Positions 38,115 to 47,289 of a stretch of DNA of 47,359 bases are shown piece by piece. This DNA comes from Eubacteriales bacterium (GTDB taxonomy: Bacteria > Bacillota > Clostridia > Oscillospirales > CAG-272). The stretch covers positions 1 through 47,359 of the forward strand of contig JAZOOW010000103.1 of the NCBI GenBank assembly GCA_045655145.1, read 5' to 3'. Both the position numbers and the translations under genes were made by a program. A model generated the notes under the pieces. That model worked only from the letters and a program-made list of their open reading frames with translations. It had not been told where the DNA came from and ran no database searches. Within the stretch, counting starts at the first letter, position 1. Each line of letters starts with the position of its first letter.

Positions 38115-39209
38115 TTACGAAAGGAACGTGTCTGTTCCGAGGTGCTGTGTGATCGCATCGCAAAGCACGAGTGCCACCACGCTGTCCGCCACGATGCGGG
38201 CGCGGTGTACGATGGCGGGATCATGCCGCCCTGCAATACACAGGGATGCATTCTCTCCGCTTGCAAGATCAACGCTCTCCTGCGGCAGATAAATAGAGGG
38301 CGTAGGCTTTACTGCGATCCGTATGCGGAGGGGCATGCCGTTTGAGATGCCGCCGAGAATACCGCCCATACGGTTGGTGGCCGTCACGATACGGCCGTTT
38401 TCCGAACGGATAGCATCATTTGCCTCACTGCCGCGCATATCGGAAAGCGCAAAGCCGTCACCGAATTCAACGCCCTTGACCGCAGGAATCGAAAAGAGTG
38501 CGTGCGCGAGCATGCTCTCAAGCGAATCAAAGAAGGGCTCACCGACACCTGTCGGCATACCGACAACGGCGGTTTCCAAAACGCCGCCCACGCTATCGCC
38601 TGCCTGCCGTGCCGCAAGGATGGCGGCCTGCATGGCATCCCCCGCCTCCTTTGAGAGAACGGCAAAGGGGCGGTTGGAAAGTGCCAGAATATCCTCACGA
38701 GGATCGGCGGCAAAGGGGCGGTCATCGATGCCTGCCGCACGCGCGATATGCGTACCGATGAGAATGCCCTTTTTTTCAAGTGCCGCGGCACAGATCGCGC
38801 CTGCGGCAACGATGGGTGCCGTCAGGCGTCCCGAAAAATGTCCGCCGCCGCGCGGATCGGCATACCCGTGATACTTATATGCCGCCGTCAGATCGGCGTG
38901 CCCCGGACGGGCGATGCTTTCTGTCTTTTTATAGTCGGATGAGCGCATATTTTCATTTTTGATCAGGAGCGTGATCGGTGTTCCTGTGGTCTTTCCCTCG
39001 TATACACCGCTGACGATCTCCACCTCGTCACGCTCTACCCGTGCGGTAGAAAGCGCGGCGAGCGAGCGACGGAGTGCCATACGCCGTGCGATCTCTGCGG
39101 TATCCACGGGGATCCCCGGCGTCACACCGTCAAGCACAGCACCGATCATGGGCCCGTGGCTTTCACCGAAGAGTGTGAGGGACACGGCGGTGCCCAGCGT
39201 ATTCTTCAT
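38115..39209 (-). CDS. aroC: Chorismate synthase
   Basis: MKNTLGTAVSLTLFGESHGPMIGAVLDG... ATG at 39209 overlaps the aroB stop (ATGA). Confidence 0.92.
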   Translation of the reverse strand: MKNTLGTAVSLTLFGESHGPMIGAVLDGVTPGIPVDTAEIARRMALRRSLAALSTARVERDEVEIVSGVYEGKTTGTPITLLIKNENMRSSDYKKTESIARPGHADLTAAYKYHGYADPRGGGHFSGRLTAPIVAAGAICAAALEKKGILIGTHIARAAGIDDRPFAADPREDILALSNRPFAVLSKEAGDAMQAAILAARQAGDSVGGVLETAVVGMPTGVGEPFFDSLESMLAHALFSIPAVKGVEFGDGFALSDMRGSEANDAIRSENGRIVTATNRMGGILGGISNGMPLRIRIAVKPTPSIYLPQESVDLASGENASLCIAGRHDPAIVHRARIVADSVVALVLCDAITQHLGTDTFLS

Positions 39210-40222
39210 ATGGCAAGCTCCTCCGTTACCTTCTTCAAAAATTTCGCCAGCGGCTCGCGGCATAGCGTATAGCTACCTGCCGACGGCACAAAAACATAGG
39301 AAATATCCTCCCCTACGGCCTTTTTGTCATGCTTGATGGCATGGCAGACATCGGCTGCGGGAAGGCGGCATTCCGTAGGAAGCCCTACGCGGCGGTAGAG
39401 TGCCAAAAGACGCTCCCGCATAGTGGGAGTCGTCATGGACAGCATACCAAGAGCCACACATTCGCCGTGAAGAAGTCTGCCGTTTGCAGCAGACTCGATC
39501 CCATGGCCAACGGTATGGCCAAAGTTCAGGATGCGGCGCAGGCCTCCCTCTCGCTCATCCTGCTCAACGACCGCCTTTTTGATACGCAGGGCGGCCGGAA
39601 TGATCTCGTCAAGCCGTGCAAGCGGCTCCTCCGTTTCCTCAAGGAGAGAAAAGAGGGAGGCATCCGATGTGGCGGCCATTTTGATGATCTCTGCCATACC
39701 GGCGGCCAGCTGACGCCCGTCCAAGGTTTTGAGAAGCGCAGGATCGATGAGAACACCGCGTGGCTGATGAAAGGCTCCGATGATGTTTTTCACACCGCGA
39801 AAATCCACCGCCGTCTTACCGCCGATGGAGGAATCCACCTGCGAGAGGAGGGTGGTGGGAATATTGTAAAAATCCACGCCGCGCATATAGGTAGCGGCCA
39901 CAAAGCCGCCAAGATCGCCGACGACACCGCCGCCTACGGCCCCGACGGCACCAGCGCCCGTCATGGCGGCCTCCAGCATGGCGGCCAGCACCTGCTCCCA
40001 GACGGCAAGAGATTTGCTCTCCTCTCCCTGCGGAATAGTAACCACCGTAGGTGTGCGGCAGGCATCGGCGACCGCCTCTGCATACGCCGCAGGAACGCCG
40101 TCATCGGTGAGGATCAAGACACGGCGATCAAGCGAAAAATATTCACCAACACGAGAAAGAAGGCCACGTCCGATATGGATATCGTAGCTTCTCTCACCAA
40201 GCTCCATATGCAAGGTAGTCAT
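39206..40222 (-). CDS. aroB: 3-dehydroquinate synthase
   Basis: 338 aa with GGGVVGDLGGF, the DSSIGGKT-type region and HTVGHGIE. Confidence 0.9.
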   Translation of the reverse strand: MTTLHMELGERSYDIHIGRGLLSRVGEYFSLDRRVLILTDDGVPAAYAEAVADACRTPTVVTIPQGEESKSLAVWEQVLAAMLEAAMTGAGAVGAVGGGVVGDLGGFVAATYMRGVDFYNIPTTLLSQVDSSIGGKTAVDFRGVKNIIGAFHQPRGVLIDPALLKTLDGRQLAAGMAEIIKMAATSDASLFSLLEETEEPLARLDEIIPAALRIKKAVVEQDEREGGLRRILNFGHTVGHGIESAANGRLLHGECVALGMLSMTTPTMRERLLALYRRVGLPTECRLPAADVCHAIKHDKKAVGEDISYVFVPSAGSYTLCREPLAKFLKKVTEELAI

Positions 40223-41325
40223 GCATTTCCTCCTAATGGTGCGGGATAGGCAAAGCTGCCCAGAACGCGCACACGGTCACACGAGGAGGCAAGCTCCTCT
40301 GTCATGCGGTGCCCCTCCTCTGTGCAAAGATCCCCCTCTGTTTCGATATAAAAATAGTACTGAAAGACCGACTCCTTCATCGGGCGGCTGCGCAGGCAAC
40401 GCATGTTGTAGCCATGCGCCCCGATGATCCCAACGGCGCGGGCAAGCGAGCCTGCCTCGTTGCGTACGGTGAACATCAAAATGGAATGACTTCCCTCTCT
40501 GCCCTTCATGCCGCCTGCGGCACGGGAAAGCACCGCAAAGCGCGTGGTATTCATGCCCGAGGAGTGAATATTGCGCGCTAATATCTTGAGGCCGTACAGC
40601 TTTGCCGTTTCCTCGCTGGCGATGGCAGCCACGGACGGATCTCCTGCATCTGCCACATGCTGTGCCGCCATGGCGGTGTTCTCAAACTGAATTTGCCGCC
40701 AACCCCGCTCACGCAGATAGGGCGCACACTGTGCCAGTGCCTGCGGATGGCTGATGACCTGTGTGATGCTGTCCTCGGTGGCATCGGCTGTCCCCATGAG
40801 GCAATGGTTGACCGAAAGATCGTATACGCCGTTGACATACAGACTGCCCGAAAACATCAGGTCGAGGACCTGACCGACCTCGCCTGCCGTGCTGTTTTCG
40901 ATGGGAAGGACCGCGCAATCGCAATCCCCCTTGACCACCGCGTCATACGCAGAACGGAAATCCGAAAGCGGAATATGCGTCGCACAGGGAAATATCTTTT
41001 CTGCGGCGATATGTGCAAATGCACCCGACACACCGCAAAAAGCGACGCGCATGCCGTAGAGAAGACGCTCCTGATAGCTCCGCGACACCTGCATCAAGGC
41101 ACGCTGGTAGGTGACGTAGTGACCGCGTACCTCGGGATCTGCGATCTCGGCGGCGTGACGCTCAATGATGGCATCCTCACGAAGGGCATCGAGAATGGGC
41201 AGGCCATGCGCCCCCTTATAGGTGGCGACCTTACGGGCGGCCTCCATTCGCCTGACAAACAGCTCTGTCATGCGCGCGTCGATCTCATTGATCTCCGCGC
41301 GCACCTCTTTCAAGTCTTCCATCAT
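40219..41325 (-). CDS. pheA: Bifunctional chorismate mutase / prephenate dehydratase (P-protein) with an ACT domain
   Basis: N-terminal AroQ-type CM helix region (LKEVRAEINEIDARMTELFVRRM), PDT core (VAFCGVSGAFAHIAA...ENSTAGEV) and a C-terminal ACT-like domain. Confidence 0.88.
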   Translation of the reverse strand: MMEDLKEVRAEINEIDARMTELFVRRMEAARKVATYKGAHGLPILDALREDAIIERHAAEIADPEVRGHYVTYQRALMQVSRSYQERLLYGMRVAFCGVSGAFAHIAAEKIFPCATHIPLSDFRSAYDAVVKGDCDCAVLPIENSTAGEVGQVLDLMFSGSLYVNGVYDLSVNHCLMGTADATEDSITQVISHPQALAQCAPYLRERGWRQIQFENTAMAAQHVADAGDPSVAAIASEETAKLYGLKILARNIHSSGMNTTRFAVLSRAAGGMKGREGSHSILMFTVRNEAGSLARAVGIIGAHGYNMRCLRSRPMKESVFQYYFYIETEGDLCTEEGHRMTEELASSCDRVRVLGSFAYPAPLGGNA

Positions 41326-42518
41326 TATTCTCCCAGACGGTACTCCTCCGCAAGACGGCGGAAGGCAGGAAGCGCACGCTCGATCATCGCGGGCGTCACG
41401 CAGTAGGCAATACGCACGTAACCGGGAACACCGAAATCATCACTCGGTACAAGAAGAAGCTCATGCCGCTTGGCTTGCTCTGCAAAGGCATTGGCATCCC
41501 CGTCTGGCGCCTTGACAAACAGATAAAATGCGCCGTCGGGCGGTACGCAGGTAAATCCGTAGGCGGTCAGCTCCTCATAAAGGCGGTTACGGTTTGCCGC
41601 GTAGATGGATACGTCCGAGGTCTTGCCAAGACATGCGGGGATCATGTACTGGAAAAGTGCCGGCGCGCAAACAAAGCCAAGGGCACGCCCTGCCCCTGCG
41701 ATGGCGGCGCGGAGTGCATCTCTTTCTCCTGCGGTGGGCGATACAAGCAGATAGCCGATACGCTCGCCGGGCAGAGAGAGGGATTTGCTGAAGGAATAGC
41801 CCACAAGCGTGTTATCATAGTAATTGGGGAGGAAGGGCACCGCAATATCCCCGTAGACAAGCTCACGGTAGGGCTCGTCCGCTACCAAATAGATGGGATG
41901 GCCATAACGCGCCTCTGCCTCGCGGAGTACATCGGTCAGCGCGCGGATATCCGCCTCACGCAGCACAGCACCCGTGGGGTTGTTGGGAGAGTTGATGATG
42001 ACGGCGGCCGTGTTCTCGTTGAGGGCGGCACGCAGATCGTCGGGGGTGGGAATAAAGGCGGGCTCACGGCAGGGAACCACACGCAGCTTGCCACCCGCCT
42101 TTTCCACGAACACCTTATATTCGGGGAAGAAGGGCGCAAAGGCGATGACCTCCTCGCCTCCCGAAAGGATGGCATGAAAGGCAATGGTCAGCGCGGCGGC
42201 GGCCCCAACGGTCAAATAGAGATCATCCGGATGGGCGGCACATCCGTGCTCTTTTTGAATATATTCCGCGATCGCGCGGCGCACGGAGGCATCTCCCGTT
42301 GCGGCGGTATAGCCGTGAAGAACGGCCGGATCGGTATCGGCGATCAGCGCGGCCAGCGTATCACGCACATCCGCGGGCGCGGGAACGCTGGGATTACCCA
42401 GACTGAAATCAAAGACATTCTCTGCACCGATCTCAGCCTTACGGGCCTGCCCGTAGGAAAAGATCTCACGGATCACAGAGCGTCGGCGACCGAGCTCCAG
42501 CATTTTTTCGGAAAGCAT
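41325..42518 (-). CDS. Class I/II pyridoxal-phosphate aminotransferase (aspartate/aromatic type)
   Basis: MLSEKMLELGRRRSVIREIF...FSLGNPSVPAP..., PLP-lysine motif YSFSKSLSLPGERIGY. ATG at 42518 after GGAGGAA. Confidence 0.85.
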   Translation of the reverse strand: MLSEKMLELGRRRSVIREIFSYGQARKAEIGAENVFDFSLGNPSVPAPADVRDTLAALIADTDPAVLHGYTAATGDASVRRAIAEYIQKEHGCAAHPDDLYLTVGAAAALTIAFHAILSGGEEVIAFAPFFPEYKVFVEKAGGKLRVVPCREPAFIPTPDDLRAALNENTAAVIINSPNNPTGAVLREADIRALTDVLREAEARYGHPIYLVADEPYRELVYGDIAVPFLPNYYDNTLVGYSFSKSLSLPGERIGYLLVSPTAGERDALRAAIAGAGRALGFVCAPALFQYMIPACLGKTSDVSIYAANRNRLYEELTAYGFTCVPPDGAFYLFVKAPDGDANAFAEQAKRHELLLVPSDDFGVPGYVRIAYCVTPAMIERALPAFRRLAEEYRLGE

Positions 42519-42587
42519 AGAAAGTTCCTCCTGTGTTTTTTCTGTATTCCTCTGCGCACGACCGCATGAGCCCTGTGCAAAGATGTG

Positions 42588-42602
42588 GTTAACAGTGTTA
42601 AC
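42588..42602. promoter_or_regulatory. Perfect 15-bp palindrome (candidate operator) at the aromatic operon start site
   Basis: GTTAACA-N-TGTTAAC, located about +3 to +17 relative to the promoter at 42612..42640. Confidence 0.45.
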
Positions 42603-42611
42603 TTTTTCTGT

Positions 42612-42640
42612 ATTATACACCATTGCACCTAAAATGTCAA
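42612..42640 (-). promoter_or_regulatory. Consensus sigma-70-type promoter of the aromatic amino-acid operon
   Basis: On the - strand: TTGACA (42640..42635), 17 nt, TATAAT (42617..42612). Confidence 0.7.
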
Positions 42641-42713
42641 GAGATTTTCAGTTTTTTCCATCCATTTCGTCAAAAACATGTCCCCCGGCGAGAAGCAGTA
42701 CATCTGCCCATAG

Positions 42714-42746
42714 AAAAAAGCCTCCCGTATACGCCGTAGGGGAGGC
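42714..42746 (-). terminator. Rho-independent terminator of the 885-aa secreted protein gene
   Basis: On the - strand: GCCTCCC-CTACGGCGTATAC-GGGAGGC followed by TTTTTTC. Confidence 0.8.
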
Positions 42747-42825
42747 TTGCCGGCAAGTGCTCGCTCGGCAAAAGCGACAAATGCCGAAAATACTGATACC
42801 CCTCAAGTGCGGGAGATCACAGCTT

Positions 42826-45483
42826 CTAGCTTGCGCTGATCGCTTCATGCAAGGCCATCAGACTACTGATGACCGCCTTTAGCTTGTCGGTGGCTGCACC
42901 GTTCTCGATCATACGGCCGTAGTATGCGGCTACGCTGTAGCAAAGGGTGTCCGAAATGGCCTTTTTGTCAGCATCGACTACACGGATGCAGTAGTCGGTA
43001 TTCCAATTGGCAGCAGAGATGCCGTCCATGATGAACTTAGTGTCCACACCGTCCTCCGTGGCCGTGCCTGTCACCGTTTCGGGAGAAGCGAACAAGGGAT
43101 CCTCATCAATCTGGAGGATCGCATCCTCGGGAAGCTTCCCCCTGATCACGATCTTGATATTGACGCGATCGTTAAGAAGAAGCGAGATGCCGCGGAACCT
43201 GACCTCATCCTCGCCCGTATAGTCGCCGACACCGATGCGCTCACTCTTGGCAATGTAGTCCGCCCGATTGACAGGAGCCGTGTAGGTAGGTGCCTTTTCC
43301 GTGTCATCAAAATAAGCATGCGCGGCGGCTGTATAATGGAGCGTGGCCTCTGCTGCGGCCTTGATGCCTTCATGATCACTTGCCGCATACTCCTTCAGCA
43401 TGCCGTTGAGCGTTACGGCTGACTTTTTGCCCAAGACCGTCACACCGTCCTCCAGCACGTAATAGGGCTGTACAACGATCTTTTTGTCGGCATCCTTCGG
43501 ATCTACAGGGATTTCGGTCCCCTCAATCCTTTCTCCGTTTACCACAAGACCGCTTTCCGTAACGCCGACAAGGCCGTCCGGCGTGGCGACCGCTGTATTC
43601 AAGGTTAGCGAGCCGTCAACAACGACCTGAGCGGACACAGTAGGAAGCGCATCGTAAACAGACAAATATTCTACACGCGGGTGGCAGGTGCTGGTTTGTC
43701 CGTCCGCTCCGGAGGAGGCAAACAAAAACGCGATCTTATCACCGGCTGACACATTCATCTCGAAGGTGGCAGTACGGTTTTCCTCTGCCCATACATCTCC
43801 GTCACCGGCACGGTAGGTCACCGACTGCCAGCCGGATGCATGTGCACCGGTAACAGGCGTTCCCTCCAAGGCAGTCGGCCATACAAAGCTGCCGTTTTTC
43901 GCCACGGCCGTCAGGACATTGGCATGTCGGTCTGTGGGGATCACGATCTCCACCCTGCCGCTGACGGGTGCGTGGTATATATAGGCGGTCGCCATCTCGG
44001 AGGCAGAAGAGCCTCCCCACACCGCTCCTTGATCCACATAGTAAGCACCGCTGTCCTGATCAGCATTTTCCACGCCGAGAAGCATAGAGGATGTATTCAA
44101 AAACGCGCTGAAGGCGGTAAAGTGCGTACCGACATAAGAACCGACAGACCAGCCGCCTGTATACGAAAGAAGCTCCCCCGTCCTTGCATCCGCATCCCAT
44201 GTGAAGAGCGGCTGATTTTGCGGCTTGGTTGCGGTCGTATCGGTGAAACAATCTGCATAGTAGCCGACAAGAGCAGATGATCTGGTCATGGGATAGAAAT
44301 GCAACGCGGTATCGGATGTGCGCACGCCGTCAAAGTATTCCTCGATACTGACGAAGGCCTCCTCCTCCCCATTCCATGTATACCATCCGAGAATATCCTC
44401 CGCCACGAGAGAGGAGCCTGCGGCCGTTAGCTGGGCTGTTGTGGGAAGCTCCCGATCAAAGGCGGTGGTTGAGCTGACCTGCGTGCCTAACGTATTTTGT
44501 CCGTTAGATGCGGTGGGACCTATATAAAAGTTCAAAGGAATCAGACTGTCGGGATCAGCGGGGATGCATGTGATGGTAGGGTTGAAATCCGTACGGGCAC
44601 CGCTGAACATCGTTGTTCCCTTATGAACGGCAACGTCCACCGTATCCCCCTTTTTCACCGCAAAGGTAACGCGCTTTTCGGTTTCGCCCTCCCCAAAAGA
44701 GAACCACCCGTTTGCCTTGTCATACAGATTTCCGACCGTGCCCGTATCATTTCCGAGGATCTGCGTGCCCTTGATCCCGTTTTTAATAACGGCATAAAGA
44801 AAGGTGGAGCTGACGGCTGCACCGGCTGATGTTTTGGCATCCGCAATGCGCGGGATCTCCACCGTAACCTCGCCGTCACACATGACCTGATAGCGTAGGA
44901 TGGTGGCATATGTGGCCGTACCGCCTACCACCACATCTCCGTCGAAGTAAACGCCGCCGTACAGCCAAGGCGACCAGGTGGAATACTGCATTATATCGCT
45001 TTTCTTTGAGAATGGGCCATAGGTCTTCCCCGCATAGGGCGTATGATAAGTCCAACCGCCACGATAGGTAACAAAGGCGGCCGAGGAAACCGATGTGCTC
45101 TGCGACAGAACGGGAAGATTTTCAAGATGGGAGGAGCTCACAAAGATCGGATAAAAATCGATGCTTTCCGTCGGGAAGGACATATTATCCGTAAAATAAT
45201 CCCGAATGTCATAATATTTTCCGCCGCTGTAATATGCCCACGTCAAAATGTCACTTGCCGTGTATGCAGTCGATGAAAGATCGGCATCTGTAGGCAGTGC
45301 TTCCTCCAGGGTTGAAAAGCTTCCGCTTTTTACGGCTTCTCCCTTGCCGTTGGCACCGCCGGATACGGGCACATAAAAATTGGCCGTCAGGGTAGCTTCT
45401 GTGGCACCGGCAGGCAACGAAAGCACAGGCAAGGCAAGAAGCAGCATAGCCATTGCCAGCCAGAGTGAAAGAACACGCTTCAT
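42826..45483 (-). CDS. Hypothetical secreted protein (885 aa) with a signal peptide and two tandem ~290-aa homologous modules
   Basis: MKRVLSLWLAMAMLLLALPVLSLPAGA/TEA signal peptide. The modules (approx nt 45390..44566 and 44544..43666) share NFY..LPT..DIL.W..YF..FYP, Y.GGW, VEI.IP and AV.KNG. No LPXTG motif or TM at the C-terminus. Confidence 0.75.
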   Translation of the reverse strand: MKRVLSLWLAMAMLLLALPVLSLPAGATEATLTANFYVPVSGGANGKGEAVKSGSFSTLEEALPTDADLSSTAYTASDILTWAYYSGGKYYDIRDYFTDNMSFPTESIDFYPIFVSSSHLENLPVLSQSTSVSSAAFVTYRGGWTYHTPYAGKTYGPFSKKSDIMQYSTWSPWLYGGVYFDGDVVVGGTATYATILRYQVMCDGEVTVEIPRIADAKTSAGAAVSSTFLYAVIKNGIKGTQILGNDTGTVGNLYDKANGWFSFGEGETEKRVTFAVKKGDTVDVAVHKGTTMFSGARTDFNPTITCIPADPDSLIPLNFYIGPTASNGQNTLGTQVSSTTAFDRELPTTAQLTAAGSSLVAEDILGWYTWNGEEEAFVSIEEYFDGVRTSDTALHFYPMTRSSALVGYYADCFTDTTATKPQNQPLFTWDADARTGELLSYTGGWSVGSYVGTHFTAFSAFLNTSSMLLGVENADQDSGAYYVDQGAVWGGSSASEMATAYIYHAPVSGRVEIVIPTDRHANVLTAVAKNGSFVWPTALEGTPVTGAHASGWQSVTYRAGDGDVWAEENRTATFEMNVSAGDKIAFLFASSGADGQTSTCHPRVEYLSVYDALPTVSAQVVVDGSLTLNTAVATPDGLVGVTESGLVVNGERIEGTEIPVDPKDADKKIVVQPYYVLEDGVTVLGKKSAVTLNGMLKEYAASDHEGIKAAAEATLHYTAAAHAYFDDTEKAPTYTAPVNRADYIAKSERIGVGDYTGEDEVRFRGISLLLNDRVNIKIVIRGKLPEDAILQIDEDPLFASPETVTGTATEDGVDTKFIMDGISAANWNTDYCIRVVDADKKAISDTLCYSVAAYYGRMIENGAATDKLKAVISSLMALHEAISAS

Positions 45484-45526
45484 AATAAACTCCCTTTCCA
45501 CATGACATGCACCTATTAATCGTCAT

Positions 45527-45556
45527 ATTTTATCATTTTTTGTTTCTTCTTGTCAA
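45527..45556 (-). promoter_or_regulatory. Candidate promoter of the secreted protein gene
   Basis: On the - strand: TTGACA (45556..45551), 18 nt, TGa-TAAAAT (45532..45527). Confidence 0.55.
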
Positions 45557-45655
45557 CCGTTTGCATAAAAGTTCACACAGCGTCGGGGCATACTACCAAA
45601 CAAGCGAGAGAAGCTCTTCCTCTTTTTGCACCTCCTGCCTTTTACAGAAAAAGGC

Positions 45656-45684
45656 TTGCAAAATCAAAAAAATTATGGCATAAT
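45656..45684 (+). promoter_or_regulatory. Candidate promoter of the TetR gene
   Basis: TTGCAA (45656..45661), 17 nt, TGg-CATAAT (45679..45684). Confidence 0.55.
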
Positions 45685-45735
45685 AAAAACGGACCGTATA
45701 TATCCGCATACCTGCCGTGCAAAAGGAGGTGCCGC

Positions 45736-46284
45736 ATGAGCGACGAGAGCGAATACGAAAAGGAACCCCTGCGAAATCGCCTGCTGGTAGCCGGTATGCA
45801 GGAGATCGCAACACACGGGGTGGCTGATTTTTCTCTGCGGCGCGTGAGCGCGGCCTGTCATATTTCCTGTGCCGCCCCCTACAAGCATTTCAAAAACAAG
45901 GATGAATTTATTCTCGAGATCATCCGCTATATCCGTCGCCAATGGGCTCTTCTGCGGGATGATCTTCTCCGCTTGTTTGCGGAGGACACAGAGCGCCAGC
46001 TGATCGAGGTCGCGCTCGCGTATATCCGCTTCTTTGCGAGCAACCCCCACTACCGCACCGTACTGGTGGCGGCGGGTGAGGATGACGCACACGCCGATCT
46101 GTCTGTTCCCTTTTTGCGCTATGCCGCCGCGCGCGGCTACACCGCGGAGGAGCAACGCATACGCTTTTACGCACTCCGTTCGCTGCTCTATGGTATGACC
46201 GCGATGCTGGAGAACGGTGAGCTTTCCGGCACGGCAGAGGATTATGCCATGATCCGTATGGCACTGGAACGCATTTTGAATTAA
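45736..46284 (+). CDS. TetR/AcrR-family transcriptional regulator
   Basis: ATG at 45736 after AAGGAGG. N-terminal HTH region LRNRLLVAGMQEIATHGVADFSLRRVSAACHISCAAPYKHFKNKDE. Confidence 0.85.
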   Translation: MSDESEYEKEPLRNRLLVAGMQEIATHGVADFSLRRVSAACHISCAAPYKHFKNKDEFILEIIRYIRRQWALLRDDLLRLFAEDTERQLIEVALAYIRFFASNPHYRTVLVAAGEDDAHADLSVPFLRYAAARGYTAEEQRIRFYALRSLLYGMTAMLENGELSGTAEDYAMIRMALERILN

Positions 46285-46299
46285 CAATAACAAAACAAA

Positions 46300-46335
46300 G
46301 CACCCCGTGTGCCGTTTTCACGACACACGGGGTGC
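46300..46335. terminator. Bidirectional terminator between the TetR and SpoIIE-like genes (hairpin family member E)
   Basis: CAAAACAAA-GCACCCCGTGTGCCG-TTTTCA-CGACACACGGGGTGC-TTTATTTTGTT. Confidence 0.8.
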
Positions 46336-46344
46336 TTTATTTTG

Positions 46345-47241
46345 TTATACGGCCGCAGGAAGATCCATGATTTCCAAGAGAGCGACCGTCATGTCGTCAC
46401 GGCGGTCTGTATGGCGGCGTGCCCCCTCCATGATCCGCGCTGCCATGGCGGTGCTGTCGCCCTCCCACTCGCTGCTCAGCATCTCGCATAGCCACACGGC
46501 ATCCTCCTCGGTTTGGCTGATCCCGTCCGAGAGCATGACGATGACATCTCCTGCCTGCACATCAAAGCGGATGCGCTCTGCGTCCAACGCCCCGAGAATG
46601 CCCATCGGCACCGTGCCGGCACGGATACGGAACAGGCTGTCGCCGCGCCGCACGTAGGAGGCCGCTGCACCGCTTTTGACAAAGCAGGCGCTCCCGTGCA
46701 GCAGGTCGATCTCAAGAAGATCCACCGTTGCGGAGCATTCTCCCTCCCGCTCGCAAAGCAGGGTGTTGAGTGCCTTGAGGGCGGTGGATTTTTCCGTACC
46801 TGCGGCGAGTGTTTTTTCAAGAAACGTGCCGCAAATACCTGCCGTAATGGCGGCCTCCTTGCCGCTCCCCATGCCGTCCGACAGGAGCGCGTAATAATAA
46901 TCTCCCTCTCCCTCAAAGGTGGTAAAGGCATCTCCGCTGACATCACGGCCGCAGGCGGCAAAGGCACGGGCGGTGCGTACCGCAAAGCGGCGCGTGCTGT
47001 CCATCCGCAAGCGCACCTCTCCCTCTCGCTTTTCCACGATCGGCTCCCCAAGACGCACATGGCACACCTCCTCAAGGCGTCCGCGCAGACGCTCTTGGCT
47101 GACGCGCTCGGGATCCCAGCTCACGCCGCCCGCCACCAGCCGCCACATGAAGCGCATCGGCACCAGCAGCAGGTAGCCGATCAGGCACAGCAGCGTGATC
47201 CCGATGCCGAAAGACACCGCCAATTCCCAAGGTATGCGCAT
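46345..47241 (-). CDS. SpoIIE-family PP2C-type protein phosphatase, short form (single N-terminal TM helix plus phosphatase domain)
   Basis: PPM/SpoIIE motifs VSGDAF...GDYYYALLSDGMGSGKEAA, PMGIL, VMLSDGI and DDMTVALLEI. Only 298 aa. The start codon abuts the upstream terminator, so the start and the gene's integrity are uncertain. Confidence 0.7.
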   Translation of the reverse strand: MRIPWELAVSFGIGITLLCLIGYLLLVPMRFMWRLVAGGVSWDPERVSQERLRGRLEEVCHVRLGEPIVEKREGEVRLRMDSTRRFAVRTARAFAACGRDVSGDAFTTFEGEGDYYYALLSDGMGSGKEAAITAGICGTFLEKTLAAGTEKSTALKALNTLLCEREGECSATVDLLEIDLLHGSACFVKSGAAASYVRRGDSLFRIRAGTVPMGILGALDAERIRFDVQAGDVIVMLSDGISQTEEDAVWLCEMLSSEWEGDSTAMAARIMEGARRHTDRRDDMTVALLEIMDLPAAV

Positions 47242-47242
47242 A

Positions 47243-47278
47243 AAACCACCCCCGATACAGCGTATTCGGGGGTGGTTT
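47243..47278 (-). terminator. Stem-loop downstream of queA
   Basis: On the - strand: AAACCACCCCCGA-ATACGCTGTA-TCGGGGGTGGTTT, followed by T and then the ATG of the next ORF. Confidence 0.65.
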
Positions 47279-47289
47279 GTCGCATGCGT

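Noticed and set aside
42519-42611. T-box, riboswitch or attenuator upstream of the aromatic operon.
   Set aside because: The leader is only about 90 nt, with no specifier or T-box sequence and no terminator/antiterminator alternative. A protein operator is more likely; see the finding on the palindrome at 42588..42602.
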